A DNA stretch of 64,000 bases. It comes from an uncultured bacterium (GTDB taxonomy: Bacteria > Patescibacteriota > Minisyncoccia > UBA6257 > 2-01-FULL-56-20). Position numbers and translations under genes: made by a program. Below, piece after piece: positions 32,974-44,312 of the stretch. The notes beneath the pieces are model-generated. The model had not been told where the DNA came from. It ran no database searches and saw only the letters and a list, made by a program, of their open reading frames with translations. Location of the stretch: contig CAWDZM010000001.1 of assembly GCA_963807165.1 (NCBI GenBank), positions 577,471 through 641,470 of the forward strand. The letters run 5' to 3'. How positions within the stretch are numbered: the stretch's first letter is position 1; each line of letters opens with the position of its first letter.

Positions 32974-33954
32974 TTATCCCTTTTTTGAAACAAGCGCCAG
33001 AACGAGCCCGACGACCCTGTTTTTGTCTTTCGGATCGCTTTCTGCCACAAGGATGGTGAGTGCGGTAAGCGCAGGCGGTGTAAGGCGCGCGGTGTCCAAG
33101 ATCTTCGCTTGGCGCAAAAACCAGACGAACGCATATGCCCCGCTCCGCTTATTTCCATCCACGAACGGATGGTTTTTCACCATAAAATACAGTAGATGAG
33201 CTGCCTTTTCCTCCACGCTCCCATAGAGCTCCTTTCCACCAAAAGATTGCATGACATTTCCCACGATACCGGCAACATTCCCCCGCTCACGTTCGGCGCC
33301 AAAATGTTCTGTAGCCTCGCCTTTTTGTACGAGCGCCAATTTTAACTTCGCTAAGCTGCTTTTAAGTTTCTCCGCAGTGATTGCCACACGTTTTCTTATG
33401 GCACCCTTGGTGGGGAGGGCATCTTTGTCATACGCATCGAGCGAAAGCCATGTACTGGCAAAGAGATTTATGAGCTCAAGGATGCTTCCCGTATCGATCG
33501 CAGCGGCAGCGGGCAAAAGTTTCTTGACCGCGTCAACGGCTTCCAAAAATTGCCCATAATTTTTGGCTATGCGTTGCTTATTGATGGCGTATCCCTCAAC
33601 GATATATTGGTGGAGCGTTTTCGTGGCCCAGCGGCGGAATTCTATTGCACGCTGAGAATTCGCACGATAGCCAACCGCAAGGATAATATCAAGATTGTAG
33701 AATTGAACCTGATACGTTTTTCCATCTTCGGCAGTATGTGCAAAATTTGCACATACTGAAGATCCATCCAGTTCTTTGTCTTTCAAAATGTTACGGATGT
33801 GCTTTGTCGCCACAGAACGTTCAAGCTCGAATAAATCTGCTATCTGCGCTTGTGTCGCCCAGATGGTTTGTTTTTGAACATCCTTTCTTAACTCAAGAGC
33901 TCCGGATTTCCCCTGATAAATAACGACATCATTTTTTATATCTTTCTTTTTCAT
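32974..33954 (-). CDS. RhuM-Fic/Doc fusion protein
   Basis: TIWATQAQIADLF, YNLDIILAVGYR, FRRWA (RhuM-like); HPFVDGNKR (Fic/Doc motif). Confidence 0.9.
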   Translation of the reverse strand: MKKKDIKNDVVIYQGKSGALELRKDVQKQTIWATQAQIADLFELERSVATKHIRNILKDKELDGSSVCANFAHTAEDGKTYQVQFYNLDIILAVGYRANSQRAIEFRRWATKTLHQYIVEGYAINKQRIAKNYGQFLEAVDAVKKLLPAAAAIDTGSILELINLFASTWLSLDAYDKDALPTKGAIRKRVAITAEKLKSSLAKLKLALVQKGEATEHFGAERERGNVAGIVGNVMQSFGGKELYGSVEEKAAHLLYFMVKNHPFVDGNKRSGAYAFVWFLRQAKILDTARLTPPALTALTILVAESDPKDKNRVVGLVLALVSKKG

Positions 33955-33970
33955 TCTTGTAGTCCTTATG

Positions 33971-34813
33971 TTAATATTTCTCAGTTGGATACTCAATAAA
34001 TATATTTTTTGCTATAGCAATGATTTGTCCGATATTGAGGTTTTGCGGCCGCGCGACCGGATCAATGCCGATCTTTTTGAGCTGCTCTATAATATCGCCC
34101 TTCGCGCGAGTTTCGCTCGCTGATGATGACAGGTTGTTAAGGAGTGTTTTTCTTGGCTGGGCGAAAATGCCGCGTACCGCTCTATAATAGAGCGCCGCGT
34201 CGATAGCGGGGGCTCCATCCAGGATGGCTGGCGTCGTATCCGGTGTCGCTATTGCGTAGAATTCTTTATTTTCCAGCAAAATGACTGCCGAATCCACTTC
34301 CGGCGGCGGAGAAAAATCTTTGCGTGGCACGTGCGCGATGATCGTGGCGTTCGCCCAGAACTGTACGCTTGCGGCGAGGCGGTTCATCTCCGGCGGCGCG
34401 GCGCAGATACGCTCCGCTACTTCTTTTTGAATGAGCAACGCCACGCGCTTCGGTTTCTGATCGAGCTCGCTTATCACGCGCAATAAATGCCCGGTAATAT
34501 AGTAGGGAATATTTCCAACGATCTTCGTCGCCGGAAATTTCGGCAACAGCTTCAGCGCGTCCCCTTCTATAATATTAATATTCACATCCGCATTCGTCGC
34601 GAGCGTTTTTAAATCTTCTATCAGCGCATGATCTTTTTCAATGCAAGTAATTTCGCAATGCTTGTTGTGTGCCGCCGCCGCGAGCGGCGTCGTGAGCTCG
34701 CCATGCCCGGGGCCGATCTCTATCACGCAATCGCCATCCTCGAGCGCGAGCGCCCCCACGATTTTTTCTAAGACAGCAGTGTTCCTCAAAAAGTGTTGTC
34801 CGAGTTTTTGCAT
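33971..34813 (-). CDS. rsmA: 16S rRNA dimethyladenosine transferase
   Basis: LGQHFL, EIGPGHG, GNIPYYIT, QKEVAER, PPPEVDSA. Confidence 0.96.
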   Translation of the reverse strand: MQKLGQHFLRNTAVLEKIVGALALEDGDCVIEIGPGHGELTTPLAAAAHNKHCEITCIEKDHALIEDLKTLATNADVNINIIEGDALKLLPKFPATKIVGNIPYYITGHLLRVISELDQKPKRVALLIQKEVAERICAAPPEMNRLAASVQFWANATIIAHVPRKDFSPPPEVDSAVILLENKEFYAIATPDTTPAILDGAPAIDAALYYRAVRGIFAQPRKTLLNNLSSSASETRAKGDIIEQLKKIGIDPVARPQNLNIGQIIAIAKNIFIEYPTEKY

Positions 34814-34842
34814 AGGAATATTTTTATATTGGTTGAGTGTAA

Positions 34843-36772
34843 TTAATCAAGTGTCACAAACCGTTCATATCCTTCGCCATGCGGCTCGTCGTCGTAATCA
34901 CTTCCCGCATCACGCCAGTGTCCGGCACTATTCGATCCATCGCTCGCAAGGAGCGTGATGCAATCTTCCGGGATCTCATTCACAAACCGCGATGGGATTC
35001 CATAAAAACTCAAGTATAAATTTTTCCTCGCGCGGGTCATCGCAACGTACATTAAGCGGCGTTCTTCTTCAAGTGCGTTCTCATCATCGAGCGATCGGCC
35101 GTGCGGCAGCAGCCCTTCCGCGACGCCGGCAATAAACACCGAATCAAACTCGAGCCCTTTCGCCAAATGAATTGTCATCAGATTGACCTCTCTCCCGTCA
35201 ACAGGCTTGTTCCCTATCTCATCGGCCGCCTGCAAGAGGCTTAAACGCTCAAGCAATTCATCCAGACTCTTAAAATCGGTTGCGAACGTGATGAGCTCTG
35301 CGATGTTTTCCTCACGCTCATCGGCATTCACAAAGTTTGATTCAAGGTACTCAAAGTAACCGAACGTTTCCAAAAATAATTTAAGCGCCGCGAGCGGCGC
35401 AATCGCCGGGCGAGCGCCAGCCGGAGCAGTAATATCTTCGGCGGCAAGCTGCATCGCCTGTACTTGTATTTTAAACTCCGCAAAGCGCCGCTTGGTAAGA
35501 TTCTTTTCCAAGCGTTCGCGCGCGGGCTCATCCTTTGCATTCGAAATATAGCGCAACGCCGACACCGCATCTTTTATTTCACGCCGTTCATAAAATTTCA
35601 AACCACCAAAAATTCGATACGGAATATTGTTACGGATGAGCGCTTGCTCGATCGCGCGCGACTGCGCGTTTGTCCGATATAAAATTCCAATATCCGCATC
35701 CTTGTCGCGCTCGCGCAACGAATAAATTTGTCTGCGCGATCCATTCCGCTTCTTCGTTCTCGCCCCACGCTTCGAAGAGGACGATGGGATCGCCATCCGG
35801 ATTTTGCGTCCATAAATTTTTCGGCGTGCGGAATCGATTATGTTTTGCCACAGCCGCCGCCGCGCGAATGATGATTCCCGTCGAGCGATAATTTTCTTCC
35901 AAAAAGTGCACGCTCGCCCCTTTCCACTCTTTATCAAAATTTAAAAACGTTTTTATATCCGCGTAGCGCCAACTATAAATTGTTTGCTCATCATCCCCCA
36001 CCACGCTCAAGTTACGATGTTCGCCTGCCAATAAAGAAACCAACTCATATTGTTTTGGATTGATATCCTGGTACTCATCCACAAGGATCGCATCAAACAT
36101 CCGCTGATATTTTTTCAACACCTCCGGATGGGTTTTTAATATCAACACTGTTTTCTCGATCAAGTCATCAAAATCGAACGCATTGTTCCGCTCGAGTGCC
36201 GCTTCATATTTTTCAAACACGTGCCGCACCTGCGCTTCCTTATCTACGTTTGGCCGTGCCTCCGGCAATAATTTCCCTAGGTTCTTCAACTCGGAGATCT
36301 TCTTAGCAAAATACACCGGCGTATCTTTCTTGTTCTTTTTGGCCAGGATGCCGTCATCCTCGTCCTCCTTCTTTGGTGGCAAGACGGCTTTGACCGCTTT
36401 TTTGACCAGATCGAACGAATCGTGGTCGTCAAAAATGGCAAAATTGATGTCCCGGCCCACTAGCCGACATTCCTTTCGGAGAATTTTAGCCCCCAAGGAG
36501 TGGAAAGTCCCCAAAAACGGGCCAGTTCTATTGACGCGCTTAGCCATCTCTTTGGCCGCCTTATTAGTAAAGGTGATAGAGCAGATTCGCTCCGGAGGGG
36601 TTCCCGTCTCTATTAAATGAATAATCCGGCTGGTTAAGGTCTTGGTTTTGCCCGTTCCAGCACCCGCCACTATTAATAGAGGGACACCCGGAGCGTGGGC
36701 GGCGGCGTCCTGGGCAGCGTTAAGGGGCGGTTGCCCGGCGACTTTGCCAACTGGTTGAGATTTAGGGGTCAT
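34843..36772 (-). CDS. pcrA: UvrD/PcrA helicase, frameshift at about 35730
   Basis: AGAGTGKT, TFTNKAA, VDEYQD, VGDDEQTIYSWR, ENYRS, then LYRTNAQSR, TIHLAKGLEF, EERRLMYVAMTRA in the next frame. Confidence 0.92.
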
Positions 36773-36837
36773 TATGCTATCATAAAGGTATTAGTACGAC
36801 TATCGAAAAGCTTAATAAAGATTACAAGCCATTAACT

Positions 36838-37329
36838 GTGGCTGTTTTTTTGGCGATCGGCGGATTGTTGGGCGGACTCCTTTGGAGCTCCCTTTTTAGT
36901 TCAAATCCGGCGGGGATGGTCCAAGAGCGAAGAGTTCAGGGTGGACCGTCGCTTATCCCCCAGGCTCAGGGTGCGGAGATCGATAGTGCAGCCCTTATGC
37001 CGCAAAGCGCTCCGTTCCTTGCCTCTGCCAACACCAACGGGCAGGCCGTCCATTCTGCAGAAAATGTGGATGTACTCTATGGCCAGGCCGCCTTTAGGGA
37101 TGCCGAGCCAGTGCAAAAGACCAAGACGGTCGCGTTTGTCGCAAGTGGTACCCAGTCGACGCCCGCCTCCGGCATCATTTATCAGGTTGCCGCGGGAGAA
37201 ACTATCCAGTCCATCTCCACTTCATTCGGCGTGCCTATCAGTATGATAGTCGAATTTAACCCATCGGTAAATTTTTCATCACTCATCCCCGGTGTATCGA
37301 TCGTCATCCCCGGCCAAAACGACCTTTAG
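36838..37329 (+). CDS. Membrane-anchored LysM protein
   Basis: YQVAAGETIQSISTSFGV...N...LIPG..IVIP. Confidence 0.8.
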   Translation: MAVFLAIGGLLGGLLWSSLFSSNPAGMVQERRVQGGPSLIPQAQGAEIDSAALMPQSAPFLASANTNGQAVHSAENVDVLYGQAAFRDAEPVQKTKTVAFVASGTQSTPASGIIYQVAAGETIQSISTSFGVPISMIVEFNPSVNFSSLIPGVSIVIPGQNDL

Positions 37330-38870
37330 AATATTTCTCTTAGCCGATAACTAAATGCTTCCGCGAGGTGTTCAGATGACACCTCATTTTTTTCTTCAAG
37401 ATCGGCGATCGTACGCGCGACCTTGAGCAATCGGTAATACCCGCGCGGGGAAAGGTGTCCGGCATTCAGGGCTTCTAAAAAATCGCGCGCGCTCGGGTCG
37501 AGCATAGTTAACCCCTGCGCCTCGCGTGAGCTAAGCTCCGCGTTTAATTTTTTATATCGCGCTAACTGCGTTTCTCGTGCTCGCGTGATACGCTTTTTGA
37601 TCACGTCGCCTTCTTTTTCTTCCACTCCTTCGCTTACCCCGCTTCTTTCCGTTGGCATCTTACGCAATTCTTCTATCGCTACACGACCAACTTTTATTTG
37701 TAGATCGATACGATCAAGGAGCGGGCCAGAAATCCTTTTTTGATATTTTATAATTTCATATGCAGAACATTTACAATCCTTTTCTGTATCGCCATAAAAA
37801 CCGCATGGGCACGGATTCATCGCGGCGACCAAAATAAATTTTGCGGGGAATATGACGCTTTGTTTTGTGCGTGCGAGCTGTACAATGCCAGCTTCGAGCG
37901 GCTGACGCAACGCCTCGAGCGCGTTCTTTTGGAATTCCGGTAGCTCATCAAGGAATAGCACTCCGTTATGCGCAAGGCTGATTTCTCCCGGATGCGGATC
38001 CGCTCCCCCGCCGATAAGGGCCGTGATTGATGCGGTATGATGCGGCGCGCGAAACGGCCGTTCACAAATAAGCCCGCCAGGACTGAGCCCTGCGGCGCTC
38101 CATATCTTTGTTGTCTCAATCGCCTCCGATGTCGTGAGGTTCGGCATAATACCTGCGAGTGCATGGGAAAGAAATGTCTTTCCTACGCCTGGCGGCCCGA
38201 AGAGCAAAATATTATGTTGCCCCGCGGCGGCGATCGTGAGGGCTCGCTTCGCATTCTCTTGCCCAACGATCTCGGAAATATTTGCGCCGGTAATCGCGGG
38301 GTGGTGCTCCCCTGCTATAAACTGCGCAGGTGCTCGATCTAATTTCCCCTCAAGAATAGCGAGCGCTTCACGAAGATCTTCTAACGGAATAACTTTGATC
38401 TCCGTGATTGCCGCCGCTTCATTCGCATTCTCCCGTGGAAGAAATAAATAATTGAATCCTTCGCGCGCTGCTTTTTGAGCGATATTGAGCGCGCCACTCA
38501 CCGGACGTAATCGCCCATCAAGCGCGAGCTCGCCAAGAAATAGTTTATCCCCGCAGAAAAATTCTTTTATCTGCTTTGTCGCAAGAAGATATCCAAGCGC
38601 GATCGCAAGATCATAGTGCGAGCCCGTCTTTTTTATATCCGCCGGCGCGAGATTGATGGTAATCTTTCGGTTCTCGCGATTCGGCGGTTTGATTCCAGAA
38701 TTTTTCAGCGCCGAGTTGACGCGTTCCTTCGCTTCGTTGAGCGACCGATCTCCGAGCCCAACGATATTGAACGAGTGTAACCCAACATTGATATCAGCTT
38801 CGACCTCGATAATTTTTGCGTCAATCCCCTCAAGCGCCGCCGAATACAATCGCCCCAATTTTTTAGACAT
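37326..38870 (-). CDS. comM: ComM/YifB Mg-chelatase-like AAA+ ATPase
   Basis: INLAPADIKK, GPPGVGKT, PFRAPHH, FLDELPEF, AAMNPCPCG, SGPLLDRID. Confidence 0.95.
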   Translation of the reverse strand: MSKKLGRLYSAALEGIDAKIIEVEADINVGLHSFNIVGLGDRSLNEAKERVNSALKNSGIKPPNRENRKITINLAPADIKKTGSHYDLAIALGYLLATKQIKEFFCGDKLFLGELALDGRLRPVSGALNIAQKAAREGFNYLFLPRENANEAAAITEIKVIPLEDLREALAILEGKLDRAPAQFIAGEHHPAITGANISEIVGQENAKRALTIAAAGQHNILLFGPPGVGKTFLSHALAGIMPNLTTSEAIETTKIWSAAGLSPGGLICERPFRAPHHTASITALIGGGADPHPGEISLAHNGVLFLDELPEFQKNALEALRQPLEAGIVQLARTKQSVIFPAKFILVAAMNPCPCGFYGDTEKDCKCSAYEIIKYQKRISGPLLDRIDLQIKVGRVAIEELRKMPTERSGVSEGVEEKEGDVIKKRITRARETQLARYKKLNAELSSREAQGLTMLDPSARDFLEALNAGHLSPRGYYRLLKVARTIADLEEKNEVSSEHLAEAFSYRLREIF

Positions 38871-38948
38871 GAGAACACTATACACATCACACATTAAAGA
38901 AATCTAAAACAGCCACCTCCGAAGAGATGGCTGTTTTAGATTCTACAT

Positions 38949-39287
38949 TTAGATCGCTAATTTACATGCTTTGCAAAAACGGGATTCAGGATCGATAGAA
39001 AGAATTTCTTCTTCGATCGGCTTCCCGCATTTTTCACAAACGCCATAGGTTCCCGATTGGATTTTGCTTAGTGCAATATCAACCTCGCTCAGGCGGTCCT
39101 TCAGATCCGCCGCCGCGGCGAGCTGATCCCCTACCTGCTCAGACTTATCACTCTCTTCGTCGCCATGATCGACGTCGCTTCCAAAATCAACGGGTTTTTC
39201 TTCGCTTACGATCTCCTTCATGAGGAGTGTCCGCTCCTTCTCCAGTTTTATTTTATATTCTTTTAATTGGTCTTGGTTCATAGTCAT
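38949..39287 (-). CDS. DksA/TraR C4 zinc-finger protein
   Basis: GTYGVCEKCGKPI...P.SRFCKAC after a coiled coil. Confidence 0.88.
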   Translation of the reverse strand: MTMNQDQLKEYKIKLEKERTLLMKEIVSEEKPVDFGSDVDHGDEESDKSEQVGDQLAAAADLKDRLSEVDIALSKIQSGTYGVCEKCGKPIEEEILSIDPESRFCKACKLAI

Positions 39288-39576
39288 ATAAGAATAATGC
39301 GGCAAGCTAATAAAGGCAATGGGTTTGTCGACCGGGTTCACCCTCCGGGATGGTCGACAAACTCATTGCCTTTATCAACTTGCCTATTATATGACAATGA
39401 TATCAAAAGAGATGGGGATAGGTATTTCAAACTATCCCGTAGGGTGAGCCCGGTTTTTGGATGCCCATCCTTCTCTCCTGCATCTTTTGCAGGATTGCAG
39501 GATTAAATCAAAATTAATCCGGAAAAACCCGATAAGCCCATAAAACCTAGTGTTAAACAAAATTGTTTTTCAAAAT

Positions 39577-39687
39577 TGTTTTACGGAAAACACAATTTTA
39601 ATTCCAAAACATTAATTTTGACCCAAAATCGCATTATTTTATATAAATTTGGTTGAAAAACATTTTAATTGTGTTTTACGGAAAACA
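39577..39687. promoter_or_regulatory. Two parS-like palindromes
   Basis: TGTTTTACGGAAAACA at 39577 and 39672; 13/16 match to the Bacillus parS consensus TGTTTCACGTGAAACA. Confidence 0.55.
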
Positions 39688-39727
39688 CAATTAAAATTCC
39701 GAGGCATAATTAATTAAATATTTAATA

Positions 39728-40099
39728 ATGAATAATATAGAAACCGGCAAAATAGGGGAAAATACAGCAAATAAATATCTTATTAATAAAAAATATTTAA
39801 TATTAGCTAGAAATCATAAAGAAAGATTTGATGAAATAGATATAATCGCTAGGGATTTTAGTGGAATATTGGTCTTTTGTGAGGTAAAAACTCTTGAGCA
39901 AAAAACGAATTTTAATTCCCAATTCATGCCAGAGGATAATCTTAGTCCTATGAAGCTAAAAAAGATGGTTCGAGCCGCCCAGATATTTATCGCCCGTCAT
40001 CCTTGGTTAGTGGAAGAGAGGGGATGGCGAATCGATCTCATAGCGATAGTCTTAAGAAATGGCCAGCTTGCCGATTTGCGTCATTACGAAAATATATAA
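39728..40099 (+). CDS. yraN: YraN family nuclease
   Basis: GKIGE..A, EIDIIA, FCEVKT, RIDLIAI. Confidence 0.9.
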   Translation: MNNIETGKIGENTANKYLINKKYLILARNHKERFDEIDIIARDFSGILVFCEVKTLEQKTNFNSQFMPEDNLSPMKLKKMVRAAQIFIARHPWLVEERGWRIDLIAIVLRNGQLADLRHYENI

Positions 40100-40208
40100 A
40101 TCTATCCTTGACATAAACGGTTCTCGGCAAATATAATAGAGGGACGATGTAAGTCCGCTTTCAAAGCGGCTTTTTTTAAAGAAATACAACTAAATAACAA
40201 TTAAATAT

Positions 40209-41453
40209 ATGTTGAATATAAAAGAATTATCAAAAGCATTGAAGCAAGTCGCGGAAGAGAAGGGGTTGGATCCGGATAAAGTTTTGGATGTTATTGAATC
40301 TTCGATCGCGGCAGCATACAAAAAAGAATATGGTGAGCGTGGCGAGATCGTAAAGTGCAAGATGGATCAGAAGACGGGCGAGTTGAATTTCTGGCAGAGC
40401 AAGATCGTTGTGGACGAGACGACGGTACGCTTCGTGGAAGAGGAAGAAATTCCGGCGACCGAGGGCGCGCCAGTTGAGGCTAAGAAAGAAATTATTGAGG
40501 ATGACGAAGAAAAACTTCCACGCTTCAATCCCGAGCGACACATCACACTTGCTGAGGCCAAAAAAATAAAGAAAGATGTTGAGCTCGGCGAGGAGATGTT
40601 ATTCCCACTCGAGACTCGCGAAGATTTTGGACGCATCGCAGCGCAAACTGCGAAGCAGGTTATTTTGCAAAAGTTACGCGAGTCGGAACGCGATTCGATT
40701 TTGAACGAGTGGCGTGGACGCGAAGGACAGATCGTGAGCGGCGTCATCCAGCGATTCGAGCGCGGAAATATTTTTGTGGATCTCGGTCGTACGATCGGTG
40801 TGATGTTCACCAACGAATCGATTCCAGGCGAACATTATAGAGCAGGGGAGCGTTTGCGATTCCTTGTTGTTGCAGTGCAGGAGGATACGCGGCTTCCGGG
40901 AATTATTCTTTCGCGCTCGCATCCGAAGTTTGTCGCGGAGCTTTTCCGCATGGAAGTTCCGGAGCTCGTCGAAGACGCGATCGAGATCAAAGGCATTGCG
41001 CGTGAGCCAGGCAATCGTACTAAGATCGCGGTGGCATCAAAAGCGGATGGGGTTGATCCGGTGGGTGCACTCGTCGGCCAGCGCGGAACGCGCGTGATGG
41101 CAGTGAACAATGAATTGGGCAATGAGAAGATTGATGTTGTGGAATGGTATGATGACGCGGAAAAATATATCACGCAGGCGCTACAGCCGGCGAAAGTGGA
41201 GCGTGTGGAGATTCTTCCTCGCCGTGAGGCACGCGCATATGTTCCGGAAGGCCAGTTGAGTCTTGCGATCGGCAAGGGCGGACAGAATGTGCGGCTCGCG
41301 GCAAAGCTGACGGGTTGGAAGATTGATGTGCGCTCACAGACGCGGCCGGAGGAAGAGGTGGAAGGCGGCGTCGCGGGGCTCGTTGACGCTGGTTCCGGTT
41401 CCGATCAGATCGCTGCGCCGGAGGCCGATGAAAAAGAAGATATCGCAATATAA
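40209..41453 (+). CDS. nusA: Transcription factor NusA
   Basis: FGRIAAQTAKQVI, AREPGNRTKIAV, SLAIGKGGQNVRLAAKLTGWKID. Confidence 0.98.
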   Translation: MLNIKELSKALKQVAEEKGLDPDKVLDVIESSIAAAYKKEYGERGEIVKCKMDQKTGELNFWQSKIVVDETTVRFVEEEEIPATEGAPVEAKKEIIEDDEEKLPRFNPERHITLAEAKKIKKDVELGEEMLFPLETREDFGRIAAQTAKQVILQKLRESERDSILNEWRGREGQIVSGVIQRFERGNIFVDLGRTIGVMFTNESIPGEHYRAGERLRFLVVAVQEDTRLPGIILSRSHPKFVAELFRMEVPELVEDAIEIKGIAREPGNRTKIAVASKADGVDPVGALVGQRGTRVMAVNNELGNEKIDVVEWYDDAEKYITQALQPAKVERVEILPRREARAYVPEGQLSLAIGKGGQNVRLAAKLTGWKIDVRSQTRPEEEVEGGVAGLVDAGSGSDQIAAPEADEKEDIAI

Positions 41454-41481
41454 AAGTAATATAATAGAAGAAAACAATATT

Positions 41482-42018
41482 ATGTCACCCTGGGAAAAAG
41501 TTCCGCTTGGAGAGAAGGCGCCGGAGGTAATCAATGTCATTATAGAGATCCCGAAGGGGAGTAAGAATAAGTATGAGTTCGATGAGAAGCTCGGCATCTT
41601 CAAACTTGATCGCGTATTGCATAGCTCGTATCAGTACCCGCTTGATTATGGATTTATCCCGGGCACGCGCTCGGAGGATGGCGATCATCTTGATGCGCTC
41701 GTGATGGGCGGCGAAGCCCTCTTTACCGGATGCCTTGTGGAGGTTCGTCCGATCGGCTTACTTAATATGATCGATTCCGGTGAGCCGGATGCGAAAGTGC
41801 TTGCAGTGCAGGTTGGCGACCCGCGCTTTAGCGAGATCAAAGACATCAAAGATATCGAAGCATCCAATCCGCATCTTTTGAAGGAAGTCGTGAATTTCTT
41901 TGAAACATATAAAATCTTACAGAAAAAAGAAGTAAAGATTTCCGGGTGGAGCGATGCGGCGGCCGCAAAAGAAGAAATAAAAAAGGCACAGGCGGTGTAC
42001 GAGAAAGAAGCACACTAA
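41482..42018 (+). CDS. ppa: Inorganic pyrophosphatase (family I)
   Basis: [32 protein letters not shown]. Confidence 0.96.
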   Translation: MSPWEKVPLGEKAPEVINVIIEIPKGSKNKYEFDEKLGIFKLDRVLHSSYQYPLDYGFIPGTRSEDGDHLDALVMGGEALFTGCLVEVRPIGLLNMIDSGEPDAKVLAVQVGDPRFSEIKDIKDIEASNPHLLKEVVNFFETYKILQKKEVKISGWSDAAAAKEEIKKAQAVYEKEAH

Positions 42019-42059
42019 AGCGAAGAAGGAATAAGTCGGCAAATATAACAATACGATTG

Positions 42060-42668
42060 ATGAAAAAACTTGAATACGAAAATCAGTATCTGATCCCGAC
42101 CGTCATCGAGAAGACCTCAAACGGCGAACGTGCGTACGACATCTATTCGCGGCTTCTTAAAGAGCGTATCATTTTTTTGGGCGGCCCGATCAGCGACGGC
42201 ATGGCGAACACGGTGATCGCGCAGCTGCTCTTCCTCGCACACGAAGATCCTAAGAAAGATATTCAGCTCTATATTAACAGCCCCGGCGGCTCGGTCACGG
42301 CTGGCATGGCGATCTACGACACGATGCAATTTGTGAAGCCGGATGTGGCAACGATGTGTGTCGGCATCGCAGCGTCCATGGGCGCTTTTCTCCTCGCCGC
42401 CGGCAAGAAGGGCAAGCGCATGACGCTGCCGAACTCCGAAATTCTTTTACATCAGGTTGCGGTGGATTCCATCGGCGGCCAGGCGACAGAGATCGAGATT
42501 TCTGCGCGGCAGATTCTCAAGACGAAAGCGCGCTTGAACCAGATTCTTGCGAAGAGCACCGGACAGTCGCTTACGAAAGTGGAGAAGGATACCGAACGCG
42601 ACTTCTGGCTTTCCGCCGAAGAAGCAAAAGAGTATGGTGTAGTTGATGAGATCATCAAAAAGTCTTAA
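42060..42668 (+). CDS. clpP: Clp protease proteolytic subunit
   Basis: [32 protein letters not shown]. Confidence 0.97.
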   Translation: MKKLEYENQYLIPTVIEKTSNGERAYDIYSRLLKERIIFLGGPISDGMANTVIAQLLFLAHEDPKKDIQLYINSPGGSVTAGMAIYDTMQFVKPDVATMCVGIAASMGAFLLAAGKKGKRMTLPNSEILLHQVAVDSIGGQATEIEISARQILKTKARLNQILAKSTGQSLTKVEKDTERDFWLSAEEAKEYGVVDEIIKKS

Positions 42669-42744
42669 AGAAAATAAGCTTGAAGATAAAAAAGGCCCGG
42701 CGTATGAAACGCCGGGTTTTTGGTTTTGGGGAAGAAGAGGGTCT

Positions 42745-43038
42745 TTATTGGGGCTTATGGAAAGCAAAAGTTTCTCCGTCGAGGTGATATTCCGCAGAGC
42801 AGAGATCGCTACTGCAAATCATCTTCTCTCCCTGGAAAAGTTGCCGGAGCGTGATATAAGCATGGTAGCCACATTTCGGACAGGACAATACCGCGACGAA
42901 TTGATTTTTAGGATTTCCGAATCTATCGCTTTCGTCGAGGGTAAAGACCGTTCCGTGATCCATAATCGGAATACGTTTTTCCAGCTCCTCCATTAATTGT
43001 TCGACAAAAGGATTTTCCAACTGCGATTCTGTCGCCAT
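42745..43038 (-). CDS. Small zinc-ribbon ORFan
   Basis: CPKC...CSSDLC; AGGAGG SD. Confidence 0.6.
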   Translation of the reverse strand: MATESQLENPFVEQLMEELEKRIPIMDHGTVFTLDESDRFGNPKNQFVAVLSCPKCGYHAYITLRQLFQGEKMICSSDLCSAEYHLDGETFAFHKPQ

Positions 43039-43109
43039 GGTATTTCCTCCTGCGCCGCTCGGCGGCTTTCTATTACTATCATATCATTTTTGTGGTAAAA
43101 TGAGGGTAC

Positions 43110-44312
43110 ATGGCGGTAGATAAAGAACTGAATAAGGACAAAATTGAAGCGTTGCTCTCGCGCAATGTGGAGGATATTATCGAGGGGAATCATCTCCGCG
43201 CGGCGTTGCTTGCGGGCAAAAAGCTGCGGGTAAAGTTTGGCATCGATCCGACGGGGGATAAGATCCACATCGGCCGCGCGGTAGCGTTATGGAAACTTAA
43301 GGAATTCCAGGATCTGGGGCATATAATCGTCCTTATTATTGGAGACTTTACCGCGCAGGTGGGCGACCCATCCGATAAATTGGAGAAGCGTCCGTTTTTG
43401 ACGGCGGCGCAGGTCAAAAAGAATCTCAAGAGCTACCTGGCTCAAATCGGCAAGATCATTGATCTTAAAAAGACGGAGGTCCGCTACAATAGCGCATGGC
43501 TCAAAAAACTGGATTTCCAGGAAATATCGGCGCTCGCGGAAATGTTCACTATCCAGCAGATGGTGGAACGCAGAAATTTCAAAGATCGCTGGGACGCGCA
43601 TAAAGAGATCAGCCTCCGGGAGTTTTTATATCCGATTATCCAAGGATATGACTCCGTGATGGTCAAGGCAGATGTTGAGCTTGGCGGTACCGATCAGCTT
43701 TTCAATCTTCTTGCCGGTCGCAAGATACAGGAGCGCTACAAGCAGAAGCCGCAGGATATTATCACTATAAAGATGCTCCTCGGCACAGACGGGCGTAAGA
43801 TGTCCACCAGTTGGGGGAATGTTATCAATATTGTGGATACTCCAGAGGATCAGTTCGGCAAAGTGATGTCCGTGCGCGATGATCAGATTCCAAATTATTT
43901 CCATCTTGCAACGGATGTGCCGGAAAAAGATATCAAAAAATATGTGGACGGCATAAAGGGTGGTGACAATCCAAAGAAAGTGAAGGAAATTTTGGCATTC
44001 GAGGTGGTTAAGCGCTATCACGGAGAGAAAAAAGCACACGCGGCGGCGGAAAATTTTGCAAAAATGTTCTCGCGTCGCGAGATCCCCGACGCTATCCCGA
44101 CGCTAAAGTTAGATAGCGGCACGATCTTGCCGGTGGATCTGATCGTCGCCTCGGGCGTCTTTAAGAGCAAGAGCGAGGCACGGCGCCTCGTGGAGCAAGG
44201 GGGATTTGATGTGGATAACCGTCCGTGCCATGACGTCCAGCAACCGTTAGTGCTCAGAGGTGGCGAGGTGGTAAAGATAGGCAAAAAGCGCTTTTTCAAG
44301 GTTATTCTATAG
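43110..44312 (+). CDS. tyrS: Tyrosyl-tRNA synthetase
   Basis: GIDPT, HIGR, GGTDQLFN, KMSTS, C-terminal S4 domain. Confidence 0.97.
   Translation: MAVDKELNKDKIEALLSRNVEDIIEGNHLRAALLAGKKLRVKFGIDPTGDKIHIGRAVALWKLKEFQDLGHIIVLIIGDFTAQVGDPSDKLEKRPFLTAAQVKKNLKSYLAQIGKIIDLKKTEVRYNSAWLKKLDFQEISALAEMFTIQQMVERRNFKDRWDAHKEISLREFLYPIIQGYDSVMVKADVELGGTDQLFNLLAGRKIQERYKQKPQDIITIKMLLGTDGRKMSTSWGNVINIVDTPEDQFGKVMSVRDDQIPNYFHLATDVPEKDIKKYVDGIKGGDNPKKVKEILAFEVVKRYHGEKKAHAAAENFAKMFSRREIPDAIPTLKLDSGTILPVDLIVASGVFKSKSEARRLVEQGGFDVDNRPCHDVQQPLVLRGGEVVKIGKKRFFKVIL

Noticed and set aside
32974-33954. RhuM-Fic as a novel toxin system
   Set aside because: It is a known, widespread fusion, and no partner gene or mobile ends are seen.
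39400-39510. Possible ncRNA upstream of traR (three short hairpins)
   Set aside because: The stems are short, there is no second copy or covariation, and chance folding cannot be excluded.
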